Of a stretch of 64,000 bases of DNA, positions 27,913 through 37,876 are shown one piece after another. The translations under genes were made by a program, and so were the position numbers. This DNA comes from Candidatus Micrarchaeota archaeon (GTDB taxonomy: Archaea > Micrarchaeota > Micrarchaeia > Micrarchaeales > Micrarchaeaceae). The first letter of the stretch is position 1. Every line of letters begins with the position of its first letter. The stretch is from the NCBI GenBank assembly GCA_021817565.1, contig JAKAUP010000007.1, positions 152,497 to 216,496 on the forward strand, written 5' to 3'. The notes beneath the pieces were generated by a model. The model worked only from the letters and a program-made list of their open reading frames with translations. It searched no databases and was not told where the DNA came from.

Positions 27913-29859
27913 ATGTTCATAAGCGCAAAGATGAGCAAAATACTGATAACAACAACAAAGGGCAACTATGGGGTTGTACTGTCCGCGTTGCACGACGTAG
28001 GCGCAATGCAGATCGAGCAGCTTAATCCTGATTTGGGGCTGAAGGCTGCGGAGAGCACAATGTACCACGACATAACGGGACTTGCGCAGCGTTTTAGGAG
28101 CCTGCACGGGATGCTCATTCCACAGGAAGCGAAGAAAACAAAGCCATTCAATGACATAGACCAGCTTGTCGAAGCGGCAAAGAAGGTAAAAATAGACGAT
28201 AGGGTAATATGGCTAAGCAAGCAGATATCCGCAACAAACGGGATAATAACCTCGCTTGAAGACCGTCTCTCAATAATATCCATGATGGAAGGGTTCGACG
28301 GAGAGCTATCCATACTCAACTCCCAGAATGTGGTATCATTCTTCGCCAGAGCGGGCAAGAAGAACGGGAAGAAGGAAAGAGAGTTCGAGCAGGAGATGCT
28401 GAAATTCCAGGCGGAAAGTGTGGTAACCCCACTCAAAAACGGGACAATAATAAGCATAGAGAGGACAAAGGAGGCAAAGCTGGGCGAGGTCGCGTCAAAA
28501 AGCAGCATAACATTGATACCAATACCGAGGGAACGGGGTTCGATAGAGCACGCTTCGCAAAGGATAAAGGAGCGCATAACGCTCGCAAAGGAGAAGCTGA
28601 TTGAACTAACTGGGGAACTTGAACGCATCTCCAAGGAGCACTACCCCGCAGTCAGCGCAATAATGGAGCAGCTCGAGCTTGAGGCTGCAAAGCAGGACAT
28701 AACAACAAAGCTTGGGCAGACAAGTTCAACAATTTCCGTGGAGGGGTGGGTGCCGGAAAAGCTGCTCAAGCAGCTCGAGAAAACGCTCACTAGGGCAACC
28801 TCCGGGAAGGTGGTGATAAACGAGATAAAGACGGATGAGATCGCCCCTACGAAGATGGAGAATCCAAGGTGGTCAAGGCTCTATGAATTCTTCATCAGGT
28901 TCTACTCATTGCCGCAGAGCAATGAGCTTGATCCAACGATAATATTCGCGGTGCTCTTTCCTATATTCTTCGGCTTCATGGTGGGGGACTTCGGGTACGG
29001 GGCGGTAATGCTAATATTCTCAATATGGCTCTCGCACAGGATAAAACACCCGCCAAACAAGAGCAGGATACCAAAGAAGATATCCAAGTTCGTGCATACG
29101 ATAATAAGCGACAACGGCCTTTTCTTCATATCGCGCGCGATAATGCCGGGGGCGGTAATAGCGATGGCACTCGGAATAATATTCAACAACTACTTCGGGT
29201 TTGTTCTCCCATACTACACAGCGCTATTCAACGTACAGACCGGGCTTAGCAAACTGTTGCTTCTGGCCGGATGGATAGGTGTCGGCGCAGTATCAGTAGG
29301 TCTCATACTCGGATTTATCAACAACATGCGGGTAAGGAACAGGAAGCATGCGTATGCGAAGTTGGGATGGCTGATAACCGCATGGGGCATAGTGCTTACC
29401 GGGCTGCTTGTGCTCCACAGGCAGAGCATCGGCCTTTCAAATCCGATATCGCTCGTTTACATATTGGCGATAATTGCAGGCATCATTGTATTCCTCATAG
29501 GGGAGGGCGTGCAGTCCCTGATGGAACTCCCATCGATAGTGAGCCACATACTCTCATACACAAGATTGGTAGGTATACTTCTCGCATCGTTCATACTCGC
29601 GCAAGTGATAGACCTGGTGTTCACCAGCACGATACACGTGTCAATCCTTCTCGCGATATTCGGCATAGCGATACTTGCGATAGGCCAGATCTTCAACCTG
29701 GTCATTGCTGTATTCGAACCAGGAATACAAGGCGCACGTCTCATATACGTTGAATTCTTCTCGAAGTTCTTTGTCGGGAACGGAAAGGAGTTCAGACCAT
29801 TCAAAAATGAGAGGAAGCACACATTCAGCAATTTCTCTTTGGAAGGAGAAGAGGATTAG
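27913..29859 (+). CDS. atpI: A-type ATP synthase subunit I (stator a subunit)
   Basis: 648 aa with a soluble coiled N-terminal half and a C-terminal membrane domain carrying the conserved SYTRLVGILLAS arginine helix. Confidence 0.85.
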   Translation: MFISAKMSKILITTTKGNYGVVLSALHDVGAMQIEQLNPDLGLKAAESTMYHDITGLAQRFRSLHGMLIPQEAKKTKPFNDIDQLVEAAKKVKIDDRVIWLSKQISATNGIITSLEDRLSIISMMEGFDGELSILNSQNVVSFFARAGKKNGKKEREFEQEMLKFQAESVVTPLKNGTIISIERTKEAKLGEVASKSSITLIPIPRERGSIEHASQRIKERITLAKEKLIELTGELERISKEHYPAVSAIMEQLELEAAKQDITTKLGQTSSTISVEGWVPEKLLKQLEKTLTRATSGKVVINEIKTDEIAPTKMENPRWSRLYEFFIRFYSLPQSNELDPTIIFAVLFPIFFGFMVGDFGYGAVMLIFSIWLSHRIKHPPNKSRIPKKISKFVHTIISDNGLFFISRAIMPGAVIAMALGIIFNNYFGFVLPYYTALFNVQTGLSKLLLLAGWIGVGAVSVGLILGFINNMRVRNRKHAYAKLGWLITAWGIVLTGLLVLHRQSIGLSNPISLVYILAIIAGIIVFLIGEGVQSLMELPSIVSHILSYTRLVGILLASFILAQVIDLVFTSTIHVSILLAIFGIAILAIGQIFNLVIAVFEPGIQGARLIYVEFFSKFFVGNGKEFRPFKNERKHTFSNFSLEGEED

Positions 29860-29866
29860 TGTCCGG

Positions 29867-30175
29867 CTATGCGGCCACCATCCTTATCTGTATGGAACTT
29901 ACCTTTGTCTTTGTCCCATCCTCGTTTGTAAGCTCTTCCGAGGACGTTAGTATCTCCTTGTTTCTCACGTTGTTCAGGTACCTGTTTCTCACTATCTCGA
30001 ATACATCGACAGCCTTAGATATTGCCTGCCCGCGTGCCTTTATGGTCACTGAACCAACACCGCTGTTGAACTGGGTCACAACTGCAAGCACGTAGTTGAT
30101 CGTTGGCTTCTTTCCAATGTATATCACATTTTCCTCCTTCTTCTCTGTTGTTTCTGGGTTGTTCTGTTCGTCCAT
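29867..30175 (-). CDS. albA: Chromatin/RNA-binding protein Alba
   Basis: [52 protein letters not shown] is canonical Alba. The start is set at ATG 30175, which is preceded by aggtga 5 nt upstream. Confidence 0.9.
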   Translation of the reverse strand: MDEQNNPETTEKKEENVIYIGKKPTINYVLAVVTQFNSGVGSVTIKARGQAISKAVDVFEIVRNRYLNNVRNKEILTSSEELTNEDGTKTKVSSIQIRMVAA

Positions 30176-30614
30176 AGGATCACCTGAATTCGCATTTACC
30201 ATTAAAATACCAAGCATCGCTGCCAGGAAAGCGAACTAAATCTAATTGTAGGAGAAGCCCTATATACCTTAGTGTTTTCGGTTTTATAGGAAGCTGACAT
30301 TATATTTTTATCATCATAACACCCCCTCATTATTTTGACGTCCCACCCAAACTCAATTTACCCATATTTTACCACATACGCAATCATGCATATGTATATG
30401 TGCATCACAATCTCTTTGCACTATGACCCGTGCAATCGCGTAAATCGCGGCATTTTGTCCTCTGTCCAATATATTTTCATGGAATCTTTGCTCCTGGCAA
30501 GACGACCAACTAAAGTTGGTCTCTCAGGAGCCCGACTTTATGCTCATAAAGCTGACGACGAAAGAGAGAAGAGAAAATCCCACAAATTATATCCGCGGGC
30601 AATGTCTAAATTTG

Positions 30615-31556
30615 TCAATTTCTTATGTTTTTACCGCTAGGGCCGGTGTGCGCATCCCTCCTACCTCCGCTTCTACCTCCGGAGCCCTTCCGCATATGCT
30701 CATCAATCGTCTTCCTTACCTCAGCATCCACATCAATATCCACCCCCTCCTCCTTGAATATCATAAGCGGATAAGCGATCGCAATCTCGGACAACAGGTA
30801 TACCTCATTCACAATCTTTGCCTTCTTCGCTATCTGCATCTCGCCTTTGACAGAATCAAGTATGTCGCCTACCGCTTCCCTAAACAGTTTGATTGCGCGC
30901 TCGCTTTCAATACCCTCTCTAAGTATCGTTCTGGCCTCAGCCTCGCCTTTTGCAGCAATGCCTGTCGTCCCCTCAAAAGCCTTCCCGAAATTTCTCATGT
31001 ACTCCGGCATCACGAAATAGAACGCCTTGTAGAACGCTACTCCAAAGACATTCGCGTAAGAGTACCTTATGATAATGTTTGTATAAATAATCCTTTCCTT
31101 CCAGTCCTGTATCCTCTCAATGTGCTCAAATACGGCGATTGCCTGGTTGCTCGGCTTGTCCGGCTTCCGCCCGATTCCCTGTATGAGGTTCCTTATGGCG
31201 CGGGCGTGCTTTTCTGCTGCATCCGCCATATTAGAATACATTTCTGCATACTCCCTCTTTTCGGGAGCAGGCTCAGACGACCACCTTCTGTATATCTGTG
31301 CAGTCCGTTCCTCGCCATAAAGGAAGAGGCTGAGTATATGTGCGACGCTCGCCATCTCAAAAATTACACCGTTTGGTAGCTTGACATAGTTAGAGGTAAC
31401 CTCCCCGCGCTTCCTCTTTACGTCAATAAAGCTTGCAGCATACCTTATCGCATCTATCGGATTCTTCCTTATGTACTCATATACATACGGCGTTACCCAT
31501 GCAGGTATGCCGTATTTCTCAATGAGCTTGTCCGCAAACCCGAAATCCTTTTTCAT
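30615..31556 (-). CDS. Hypothetical all-helical cytoplasmic protein, possibly ferritin-like, with a Gly/Arg-rich tail
   Basis: 313 aa containing one ExxH-type motif (AAEKHARAI) after an EERTAQIY helix. The tail is RKGSGGRSGGRRD. It lies 19 nt downstream of the surface-protein gene in the same orientation. No family recognised with confidence. Confidence 0.45.
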   Translation of the reverse strand: MKKDFGFADKLIEKYGIPAWVTPYVYEYIRKNPIDAIRYAASFIDVKRKRGEVTSNYVKLPNGVIFEMASVAHILSLFLYGEERTAQIYRRWSSEPAPEKREYAEMYSNMADAAEKHARAIRNLIQGIGRKPDKPSNQAIAVFEHIERIQDWKERIIYTNIIIRYSYANVFGVAFYKAFYFVMPEYMRNFGKAFEGTTGIAAKGEAEARTILREGIESERAIKLFREAVGDILDSVKGEMQIAKKAKIVNEVYLLSEIAIAYPLMIFKEEGVDIDVDAEVRKTIDEHMRKGSGGRSGGRRDAHTGPSGKNIRN

Positions 31557-31575
31557 CCCATCGCTTTGCTGTTAT

Positions 31576-33219
31576 TCACCTTCCTTTCTTTTCTTTCTCT
31601 TTCTCCTCTCTTTTCTGGACCTCCTTGCCTTTTTTCTGCTTCATCCTTTTCGTGTAAAACCTATAACCGAATACAACTACTGCTACAACTATTATAAGCT
31701 CAACTATGTCACCCAGGGAACCAGAGTTCTTTTTTGCAGTCGCGCTTACCGGTATGTAATACGGGCTGGATCCGGAATACTGTTGGTCAGAATTGCCATT
31801 CGGCTGCCTCCACTGCTCGTACACAGTTGCCGAGTACTCGCCAGCGGCGCCGTTCTGTGCAGTATTTATGTAGAAAGTCACATTTCTGGTCTGACCAGGG
31901 CTCATGTTGTCTATGTAATACGTGGAATCGGCAGGCGTTATCGGATATATGGTCTGCAACGTAAAGCTTATCTGTTCAGCATCCTCATTGCCTGTGTTCT
32001 TCACGGTAAATGTAATCGGCTGGTATGTACCTCCTACCGTTCCATTGCTCTTTACCGCCTCAATCTGGAACACAGATGTGGGGGCAACGTTTATCGGGAG
32101 CTCCAATGTGCTGTTGTATTTGTCCATGTAATTTGAGCTGTAGTAGCTTGTGTATATCGGGAAACTGGAGTTGGTAACCCCGCCGCTGTTCGCATCTACA
32201 GTGAAAACCTCGGTTGTCGTATTTCCCGGGCCCAGCGCTCCTATGAAGAAGCTTGTTGCAGAAGAGCTTGGGAAGAGGGAATTGCTCCCAATGAGGTGTA
32301 CGGTAACATTCTTTGCAATCCCAGTTCCTATGTTCTGCACCATCATCGTTATGCTCTGGTTTGAACCGGCATACAACTGCGTTGGATTCGCACTCAACAC
32401 GCTTACGGCTATACGCGGTCTGTTAAGCACAATACTCATCGGCACAGAAACCGCCTTTGTAATGTTCTGGTTAGTGCCTGTCTGGTATTTCAGTGTTAGG
32501 TTCACAAGGTTTGTGCCGCTTGTTATGTTCTGGAGCGCCTCAAGGCTTATCTGAGCGGATCCGCTCTCCCCTTCTCCTACGTTCCCAAAGATAACCCTGC
32601 CCTGTCCTACAGGGACGAAGCTGGAGTTGCTTATATATGCGGTTGTGTTGTATGCCATACCAGTCCCGTAGTTGACTAGGGAAAGCTCTGCATTAAAGGG
32701 CTGGCCTGGAACAACATTGGTCTCCGGGGCAATGTTTACTCCGATGTTCGGGTTTCCATACACATATATGAAGATGGGCATTATCGATGAACCGGCAACG
32801 TCCTCTCCGCTCTGCGAGGTCTGGTAAGTGGCGGTAACATTTATTACATACAGTCCCTGCGGCAAGGTTGACGGTACGTGAAGTTTGAAAACGAACGGGT
32901 TTATGAACCCATTGTACATTCCCTGCCCTATTGCCTGCGTCACATACGAGTAAGCGGGCGAGACATTTATTATGGGGTTGGACGATACCAACCCGAGATC
33001 AACATTGTCAAGCGATGACGTATAAGAATTGTAAAGATTGAATGACAAAGTCACATTCCCTCCCGAAACAACGGGCGTAGGGGATATCTTCAGGTTCATT
33101 ATGCTGAGCGCCCCGTTTGCATTGGAGGTTACTGCAGCACTTGCAATCCCTAAATACCCAAGCATGCTTACGGCAATCAACACCGCAAGAAACATATTTC
33201 CTATTTTTATACCACTCAT
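31576..33219 (-). CDS. Secreted, sequon-rich surface protein (COG1361/CARDB-like beta-rich repeats) with C-terminal TM anchor
   Basis: N-terminal signal/anchor MFLAVLIAVSMLGYLGIASA, a beta-strand-rich body with well over a dozen NxS/T sequons, a C-terminal TM helix IVELIIVVAVVVFGY and a K/E tail. Confidence 0.6.
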   Translation of the reverse strand: MSGIKIGNMFLAVLIAVSMLGYLGIASAAVTSNANGALSIMNLKISPTPVVSGGNVTLSFNLYNSYTSSLDNVDLGLVSSNPIINVSPAYSYVTQAIGQGMYNGFINPFVFKLHVPSTLPQGLYVINVTATYQTSQSGEDVAGSSIMPIFIYVYGNPNIGVNIAPETNVVPGQPFNAELSLVNYGTGMAYNTTAYISNSSFVPVGQGRVIFGNVGEGESGSAQISLEALQNITSGTNLVNLTLKYQTGTNQNITKAVSVPMSIVLNRPRIAVSVLSANPTQLYAGSNQSITMMVQNIGTGIAKNVTVHLIGSNSLFPSSSATSFFIGALGPGNTTTEVFTVDANSGGVTNSSFPIYTSYYSSNYMDKYNSTLELPINVAPTSVFQIEAVKSNGTVGGTYQPITFTVKNTGNEDAEQISFTLQTIYPITPADSTYYIDNMSPGQTRNVTFYINTAQNGAAGEYSATVYEQWRQPNGNSDQQYSGSSPYYIPVSATAKKNSGSLGDIVELIIVVAVVVFGYRFYTKRMKQKKGKEVQKREEKEKEKKGR

Positions 33220-33228
33220 TTTTACACC

Positions 33229-34362
33229 TTAAATAGTCTTTTTGAAAGTTTTTATTGCAATAATGACAGCAATCACAGCAAAGGCAATCATTACTCCGAA
33301 GTCGGTAAGTATCGCATTTACAGGGAAGTAACCGTCAAGCATTACATACCTTATTCCATTTACCGCATATGTGAGCGGATCTATATTGCTTATCAGCTGC
33401 ATCCATGCCGGATCCGCCGAAGGAGGGAAAAAGGCACCGCTAAGGAACCAGAGGGGCAATACCAACGCATTTGCAATTATCGTATATACCTCGAATTTCT
33501 TTATCTTGTTGGCAAGTATGAGCGCGACGCCGCTCAGCCCGAGCGATATCAATACGATTATCGCGATTATCCAAGCCAATCCAGCAATCCCCATTGCAAT
33601 CTTCGCTCCCATGAGCGTGGCTATGATCAGCGCAACAGCCACATATATTACTGCTGCAGTAGTGCTGTAAAGCGTCTTCCCGAGTATTACGGCGGCTTTG
33701 CTTATTGGGGTAACAAGGAACATCTTAAGGTTTCCAAGCTGCCTATCCGTAATAAGCGATACTCCTCCGCCGAACACCGTTCCGAATGCTGCGACCATAG
33801 CCAACACCCCGCCAACAAGGAAGTCAAGATAGCTTATTGAGACTGCGGAGGTTGAGACCAGGGCTACCTGTGATGAAGGGGGGGATGGCTCGTCCAAGCC
33901 AAGCGCGGACGAACTTCCAACATGCGCATCAAACTCCGAAGCGATGCTTGTTATGTATGAGACGCTTTCCCCTATCGTATTAAGGTTGGAGTTGCTGTAA
34001 TAAACATAGACGCTGTCCTGCTGCGCCGATGATGGAAAGTTCGGCAAAATGACAATAAGTGCGCTTACAGTCCCTTTCTGGAGCATCTGCAGCCCGGTGC
34101 TTTCAGGCACCACGCCCTTCACTGTCAGCGAATTGTCCTTCCCGAGAGCATTTATGAAATTTATAGATTGCGGGTTGTTTGCCAGGTTTGTTACCGCTAC
34201 AGGGGAGTTGAAGGTTCCGTTTCCGATATTTCCGAAGAAGACGAGTATTACAAGCGGGAATATTATCGATCTCATCAGGTTTGACCTTGCATTCGCCTTG
34301 AAGATTATCATCTCTCTCTTGAATATGGTAAACATGTCCTGCAATGTGTTTTCCCCAAACAT
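33229..34362 (-). CDS. ABC-2 type transporter permease
   Basis: 377 aa with TM1, a large extracytoplasmic loop and then 5 TM helices. Its start abuts the stop of the ATPase gene. Confidence 0.75.
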   Translation of the reverse strand: MFGENTLQDMFTIFKREMIIFKANARSNLMRSIIFPLVILVFFGNIGNGTFNSPVAVTNLANNPQSINFINALGKDNSLTVKGVVPESTGLQMLQKGTVSALIVILPNFPSSAQQDSVYVYYSNSNLNTIGESVSYITSIASEFDAHVGSSSALGLDEPSPPSSQVALVSTSAVSISYLDFLVGGVLAMVAAFGTVFGGGVSLITDRQLGNLKMFLVTPISKAAVILGKTLYSTTAAVIYVAVALIIATLMGAKIAMGIAGLAWIIAIIVLISLGLSGVALILANKIKKFEVYTIIANALVLPLWFLSGAFFPPSADPAWMQLISNIDPLTYAVNGIRYVMLDGYFPVNAILTDFGVMIAFAVIAVIIAIKTFKKTI

Positions 34363-35340
34363 CTATCTCATCCTCATGCTCTTCGCATTATCTCCAAGCG
34401 AGTCCCTGAGCGTTGCGCCAGTAAGCTTTATGAATACATCATCAAGCGTAGGCAGATGAAGTCCTATCGAGTTAACCGGTATCTTCTCCTTGTCCAGTTC
34501 GGCTGCAATTTTGGACAAGGTCGCAGAGGCATTTTTCTCTATTACGCATGTGATCTTGTCGGAAGCGTTCTCGCTATCAAGCTTAAACTTCGACTTAAGC
34601 ATCTTCTGTATCTTTTCAACATACTCGATTCTTGCCGAAATTTCGAGTACATCGCCGCTGCCTACAAGCCGCTTAAGCTCTGCGGGCGTGCCTTGCGCTA
34701 TTATCTTTCCATGGTCTATGATTGATATCCTGTCGCAGAGCGCATCCGCCTCCTCCAGGTATTGAGTGGTGAGTATTACGGTCAACCCATTTTTGTTCAA
34801 GTCCTTTATCCTCTTCCACATAGATACCCTGTTTTGCACATCAAGGCCGGTTGTTGGCTCGTCCAGTATGAGTATCCGCGGATTGTGCATCATCGACCTG
34901 ACAAGGTTCAACCTGCGCTGCATTCCCCCAGAGAACGTTCCGGCCTTCACGTCCCTGAACTTCTGGAGGTCGGCCTCGTCGAGTGCCTCGTCAATTTCGC
35001 GATCAAGCTCATCTCCACCTATGTGATACAGCCGACCGGTTATCTCCAGGTTCTCCCTAGCTGTAAGATCCTGATCCACGACCGTTTCCTGTGTCATAAA
35101 CCCGATGAGCATCTTTATCCTGTCTATATCATGTCTGGTATCGAGTCCGTTTATCACTATCTTTCCAGAGTTCTGCGTTATCAGTCCAAGTATAGCATTG
35201 ATGGTTGTGGTCTTGCCTGCCCCGTTCGGTCCGAGTATCCCATAAATCTCCCCATTGTTTATGGACATGTTGATTCCATCTACCGCCACGAAGTCGCCGA
35301 AACGTATTACAACCTTATCGAGCTTGATCATTTCGCTCAT
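34363..35340 (-). CDS. ABC transporter ATP-binding protein (DrrA/CcmA-like)
   Basis: Walker A GPNGAGKTT, signature FSGGMQRRL, and Walker B ILILDEPTTGLD. Confidence 0.9.
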   Translation of the reverse strand: MSEMIKLDKVVIRFGDFVAVDGINMSINNGEIYGILGPNGAGKTTTINAILGLITQNSGKIVINGLDTRHDIDRIKMLIGFMTQETVVDQDLTARENLEITGRLYHIGGDELDREIDEALDEADLQKFRDVKAGTFSGGMQRRLNLVRSMMHNPRILILDEPTTGLDVQNRVSMWKRIKDLNKNGLTVILTTQYLEEADALCDRISIIDHGKIIAQGTPAELKRLVGSGDVLEISARIEYVEKIQKMLKSKFKLDSENASDKITCVIEKNASATLSKIAAELDKEKIPVNSIGLHLPTLDDVFIKLTGATLRDSLGDNAKSMRMR

Positions 35341-35684
35341 TGTCTCTCCAATATGCTCTTGAGGTTTCTGAAAATAGGTATAAGGACAGTATCAGCATCC
35401 TTCAAAGCTTCACGCCCCTTTCTGGTTATGGCGTAGTATTTTCTTCTGTTCTTGCTCTCCATGCTCCTTACCATCCCATCCCCTTCCAAGGAAGCTATGA
35501 TGTTGTACACCGTGCTCTTCATGTTCCGCTCGCATCCCACTTTCTCCGAGAGTGGGATTCGCCCCATGTATTTCAGTATGCCGTATGAATATTCCTTATT
35601 CTTGGCAAGGGCTTTCAGTATTATAAGCTTCATTATTATGTGCCTGAACTCCTCTCTCATCCTAGGCGGTTTGGATACCTTCAA
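35337..35684 (-). CDS. PadR-family transcriptional regulator
   Basis: Winged-helix pattern LKALAKNKEYSYGILKYM...VYNIIASLEGDGMVRSMESKNRRKYYAITRKGREAL. It has a 4-nt overlap with the ABC ATPase gene. Confidence 0.8.
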   Translation of the reverse strand: MKVSKPPRMREEFRHIIMKLIILKALAKNKEYSYGILKYMGRIPLSEKVGCERNMKSTVYNIIASLEGDGMVRSMESKNRRKYYAITRKGREALKDADTVLIPIFRNLKSILERQ

Positions 35685-35754
35685 CTAAACACGGAATAGT
35701 TTAATTTAAAACTAGTTTAATATTAAACCAAAATGTTTATAACGGTATACTGTT

Positions 35755-37230
35755 TTAGAGCACACCATTCTCGGAAGTGAAGAGGAAAAGGCCTTCATGC
35801 TTTCTTGTTATCTCACTGGGCCTTACCCCATATATCGCCTTTATCCCGTTTCTGTCAGCAATGTCAGTAAGCCGCTGAGTCACTATGCCGTCAAACACAA
35901 TCGCATATGCGCCCTTGGCTTCATCTATCGCATGTATCAGTTCCCTTATGGGCACCTCAGATATCACAGTCCCATCCTTTGAGTATATCCTGCCCCTTAG
36001 CGTATTCTTGAGCTCGTCTAGCCCCTCCATGTAAAGTTTGTCGTGTGCTGGCGCATCGCCAATAGAAGCATGCGCATCGGAACTTCCGAAATCCACACTT
36101 TCCACCTCTTCCTTGATCTCAACGCGGCGTGCCCCGCTAGAAAACTGCTCTGTGGGCTGTTCAGCATTAGGCTTCCCCCTAAGGTTCTCGACAATCTTCG
36201 AAGGGCTGGATATCTCAGGTTCGTCCCGCGGTCTCCCCTTGTACATACTTCTTTCCTCTTCCCTCTTCTCCTCGTTTCCAGGTTCCCCTGTAAGTTCCCT
36301 GTCGCGCACCCTTTCCTTCTGGTCCTCATAGTCCCTGAAATGGTTTCTCCCGTTTCTTGAGGGTCGCGAATAAGCGTCATCTCTCCTGGACTTAGAGGCG
36401 GCGAGCGCCTGATCTGCAGGCACTCTGAAGCGCATCGACCTTATAATCTCCTTGCGCGTGAGCTCCTCGACCTCTTTACCATCCGGTGCCCTACACACAA
36501 AGTCGACCTCGGCGTTCATCGCCATCAATCCATTCAGTATTATGTCCCCTCCCCGGTCGCCGTCAAGGAATACGGTCACGTCCTTCTGTTTGCACAACTC
36601 TATTATGCTCCTCGGTACATGTCCTGAGGCTCCACCAATCGCTATGCAGTTGGTTATGTCGTTCCTCAGCAGGTTTATAACATCAGCCCTGCCCTCCACA
36701 AGTATTACCTCATCGTTCTTTGCGATGTCAGGCCCTGCCGGGAGTTTATCTTCGCCGTACGTGCCTACGATGCTCGACTTTACCTCTGCCTCGACTATCT
36801 CGCTTATCTCCTTGCTGTCAGGTATGGTTGTATTCAGCATCTTTTTTACGAGCTCCTTTGCCCTATTTATCACTCTATTCCTTTTCTCGTTTCTGGTGTC
36901 ATCTATCTTGATCACGCTGAAAGAAGTGTCAAAAGGTCCAACCCTGTCAACCGCCTCTATCGCGGCCGCAAGTATGCATGTTTCCACCCTTCCCAACGAG
37001 GAGGGGAGCACAAGCGTTCCTGCTGTCTTGTTCTTTCCGCTGGAAACCTCAATCTCTATCCTTCCTATCTTTCCGTTCTTCTGCAGCTCCCTAAGGTCCA
37101 GGTCTGCTCCAAGCAGCCCCTCGGTCTGTCCGAAAACTGCGCCTATTATATCCGGCTTTTCAACGACTCCGGATATCTCAAATTTAGCCTCTACCATATA
37201 CTTAACTATGTCAATGTATGTCTTTGCCAT
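35755..37230 (-). CDS. dnaG: Archaeal DnaG primase-like protein (Toprim; exosome-associated type)
   Basis: IVKYMVEAKFEISGVVEKPDIIGAVFGQTEGLLG...GRIEIEV is the archaeal DnaG N-domain, and the Toprim is ILVEGRADVINLL...AIGG...FLDGDRGGD. A ~110-aa charged low-complexity insert precedes the C-terminal domain. aggtga lies 6 nt before the ATG. Confidence 0.9.
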   Translation of the reverse strand: MAKTYIDIVKYMVEAKFEISGVVEKPDIIGAVFGQTEGLLGADLDLRELQKNGKIGRIEIEVSSGKNKTAGTLVLPSSLGRVETCILAAAIEAVDRVGPFDTSFSVIKIDDTRNEKRNRVINRAKELVKKMLNTTIPDSKEISEIVEAEVKSSIVGTYGEDKLPAGPDIAKNDEVILVEGRADVINLLRNDITNCIAIGGASGHVPRSIIELCKQKDVTVFLDGDRGGDIILNGLMAMNAEVDFVCRAPDGKEVEELTRKEIIRSMRFRVPADQALAASKSRRDDAYSRPSRNGRNHFRDYEDQKERVRDRELTGEPGNEEKREEERSMYKGRPRDEPEISSPSKIVENLRGKPNAEQPTEQFSSGARRVEIKEEVESVDFGSSDAHASIGDAPAHDKLYMEGLDELKNTLRGRIYSKDGTVISEVPIRELIHAIDEAKGAYAIVFDGIVTQRLTDIADRNGIKAIYGVRPSEITRKHEGLFLFTSENGVL

Positions 37231-37441
37231 TTATTCACCTAATTGGGGTAACCCCTAAGGAATAGTAACCTAAGGCATCTTACGGATGCACGGCTATCGC
37301 TGGTGAATACGCCGAAAACACAAACACTCGCAAACTCTTAATGCGTAACATATTAACACGATAACTATCTTAACTTACTATTCTCTCCGTGTATCTTTAC
37401 TAGAATAAATATAAAAGAGTTTTCTTTATCCGGAATACGCC

Positions 37442-37876
37442 CTATACCATAACTATGGAATCAAAACGTCTGTTTATCTCCCTCGCCTTCCTCATTGTGA
37501 CCGTATAGCTCATCTCGTTCTGCTCCAGTTCGGAAAGCTTTAGGAAGAACCACCCCTCGCGCTTTACCCTCCACGCAATAAATGTCTCCATTGCGGTATT
37601 TCTCTCCCACTCCAGGAGCAAGGCAAACTTATCAACATCGATGCTCAGGCTTGTGCGGTCCCATGTCTTGCACTCAAACGCAAAGCCCTTTCCATTCTTG
37701 TAGGATATTATATCTGGACTTACAGAATTAACGCCAGATCCAGCTGAACGCATAACGCTGTATCCGCTATTCATAAACATTCCGATAAGCTCTCTCTCCC
37801 CTCTTGCGCCCTTGACATACCTGTTCAACCGATCACCTTCTAATAATGCGAAGGAAAGGATAAATAGAGATCTCAT
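37442..37876 (-). CDS. hjc: Holliday junction resolvase Hjc
   Basis: GARGERELIGMFMNSGYSVMRSAGSG...PDIISYKNGKGFAFECKTW matches the Hjc catalytic core (E...D...ExK). It has an ATGA overlap with the upstream helicase gene. Confidence 0.8.
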   Translation of the reverse strand: MRSLFILSFALLEGDRLNRYVKGARGERELIGMFMNSGYSVMRSAGSGVNSVSPDIISYKNGKGFAFECKTWDRTSLSIDVDKFALLLEWERNTAMETFIAWRVKREGWFFLKLSELEQNEMSYTVTMRKAREINRRFDSIVMV

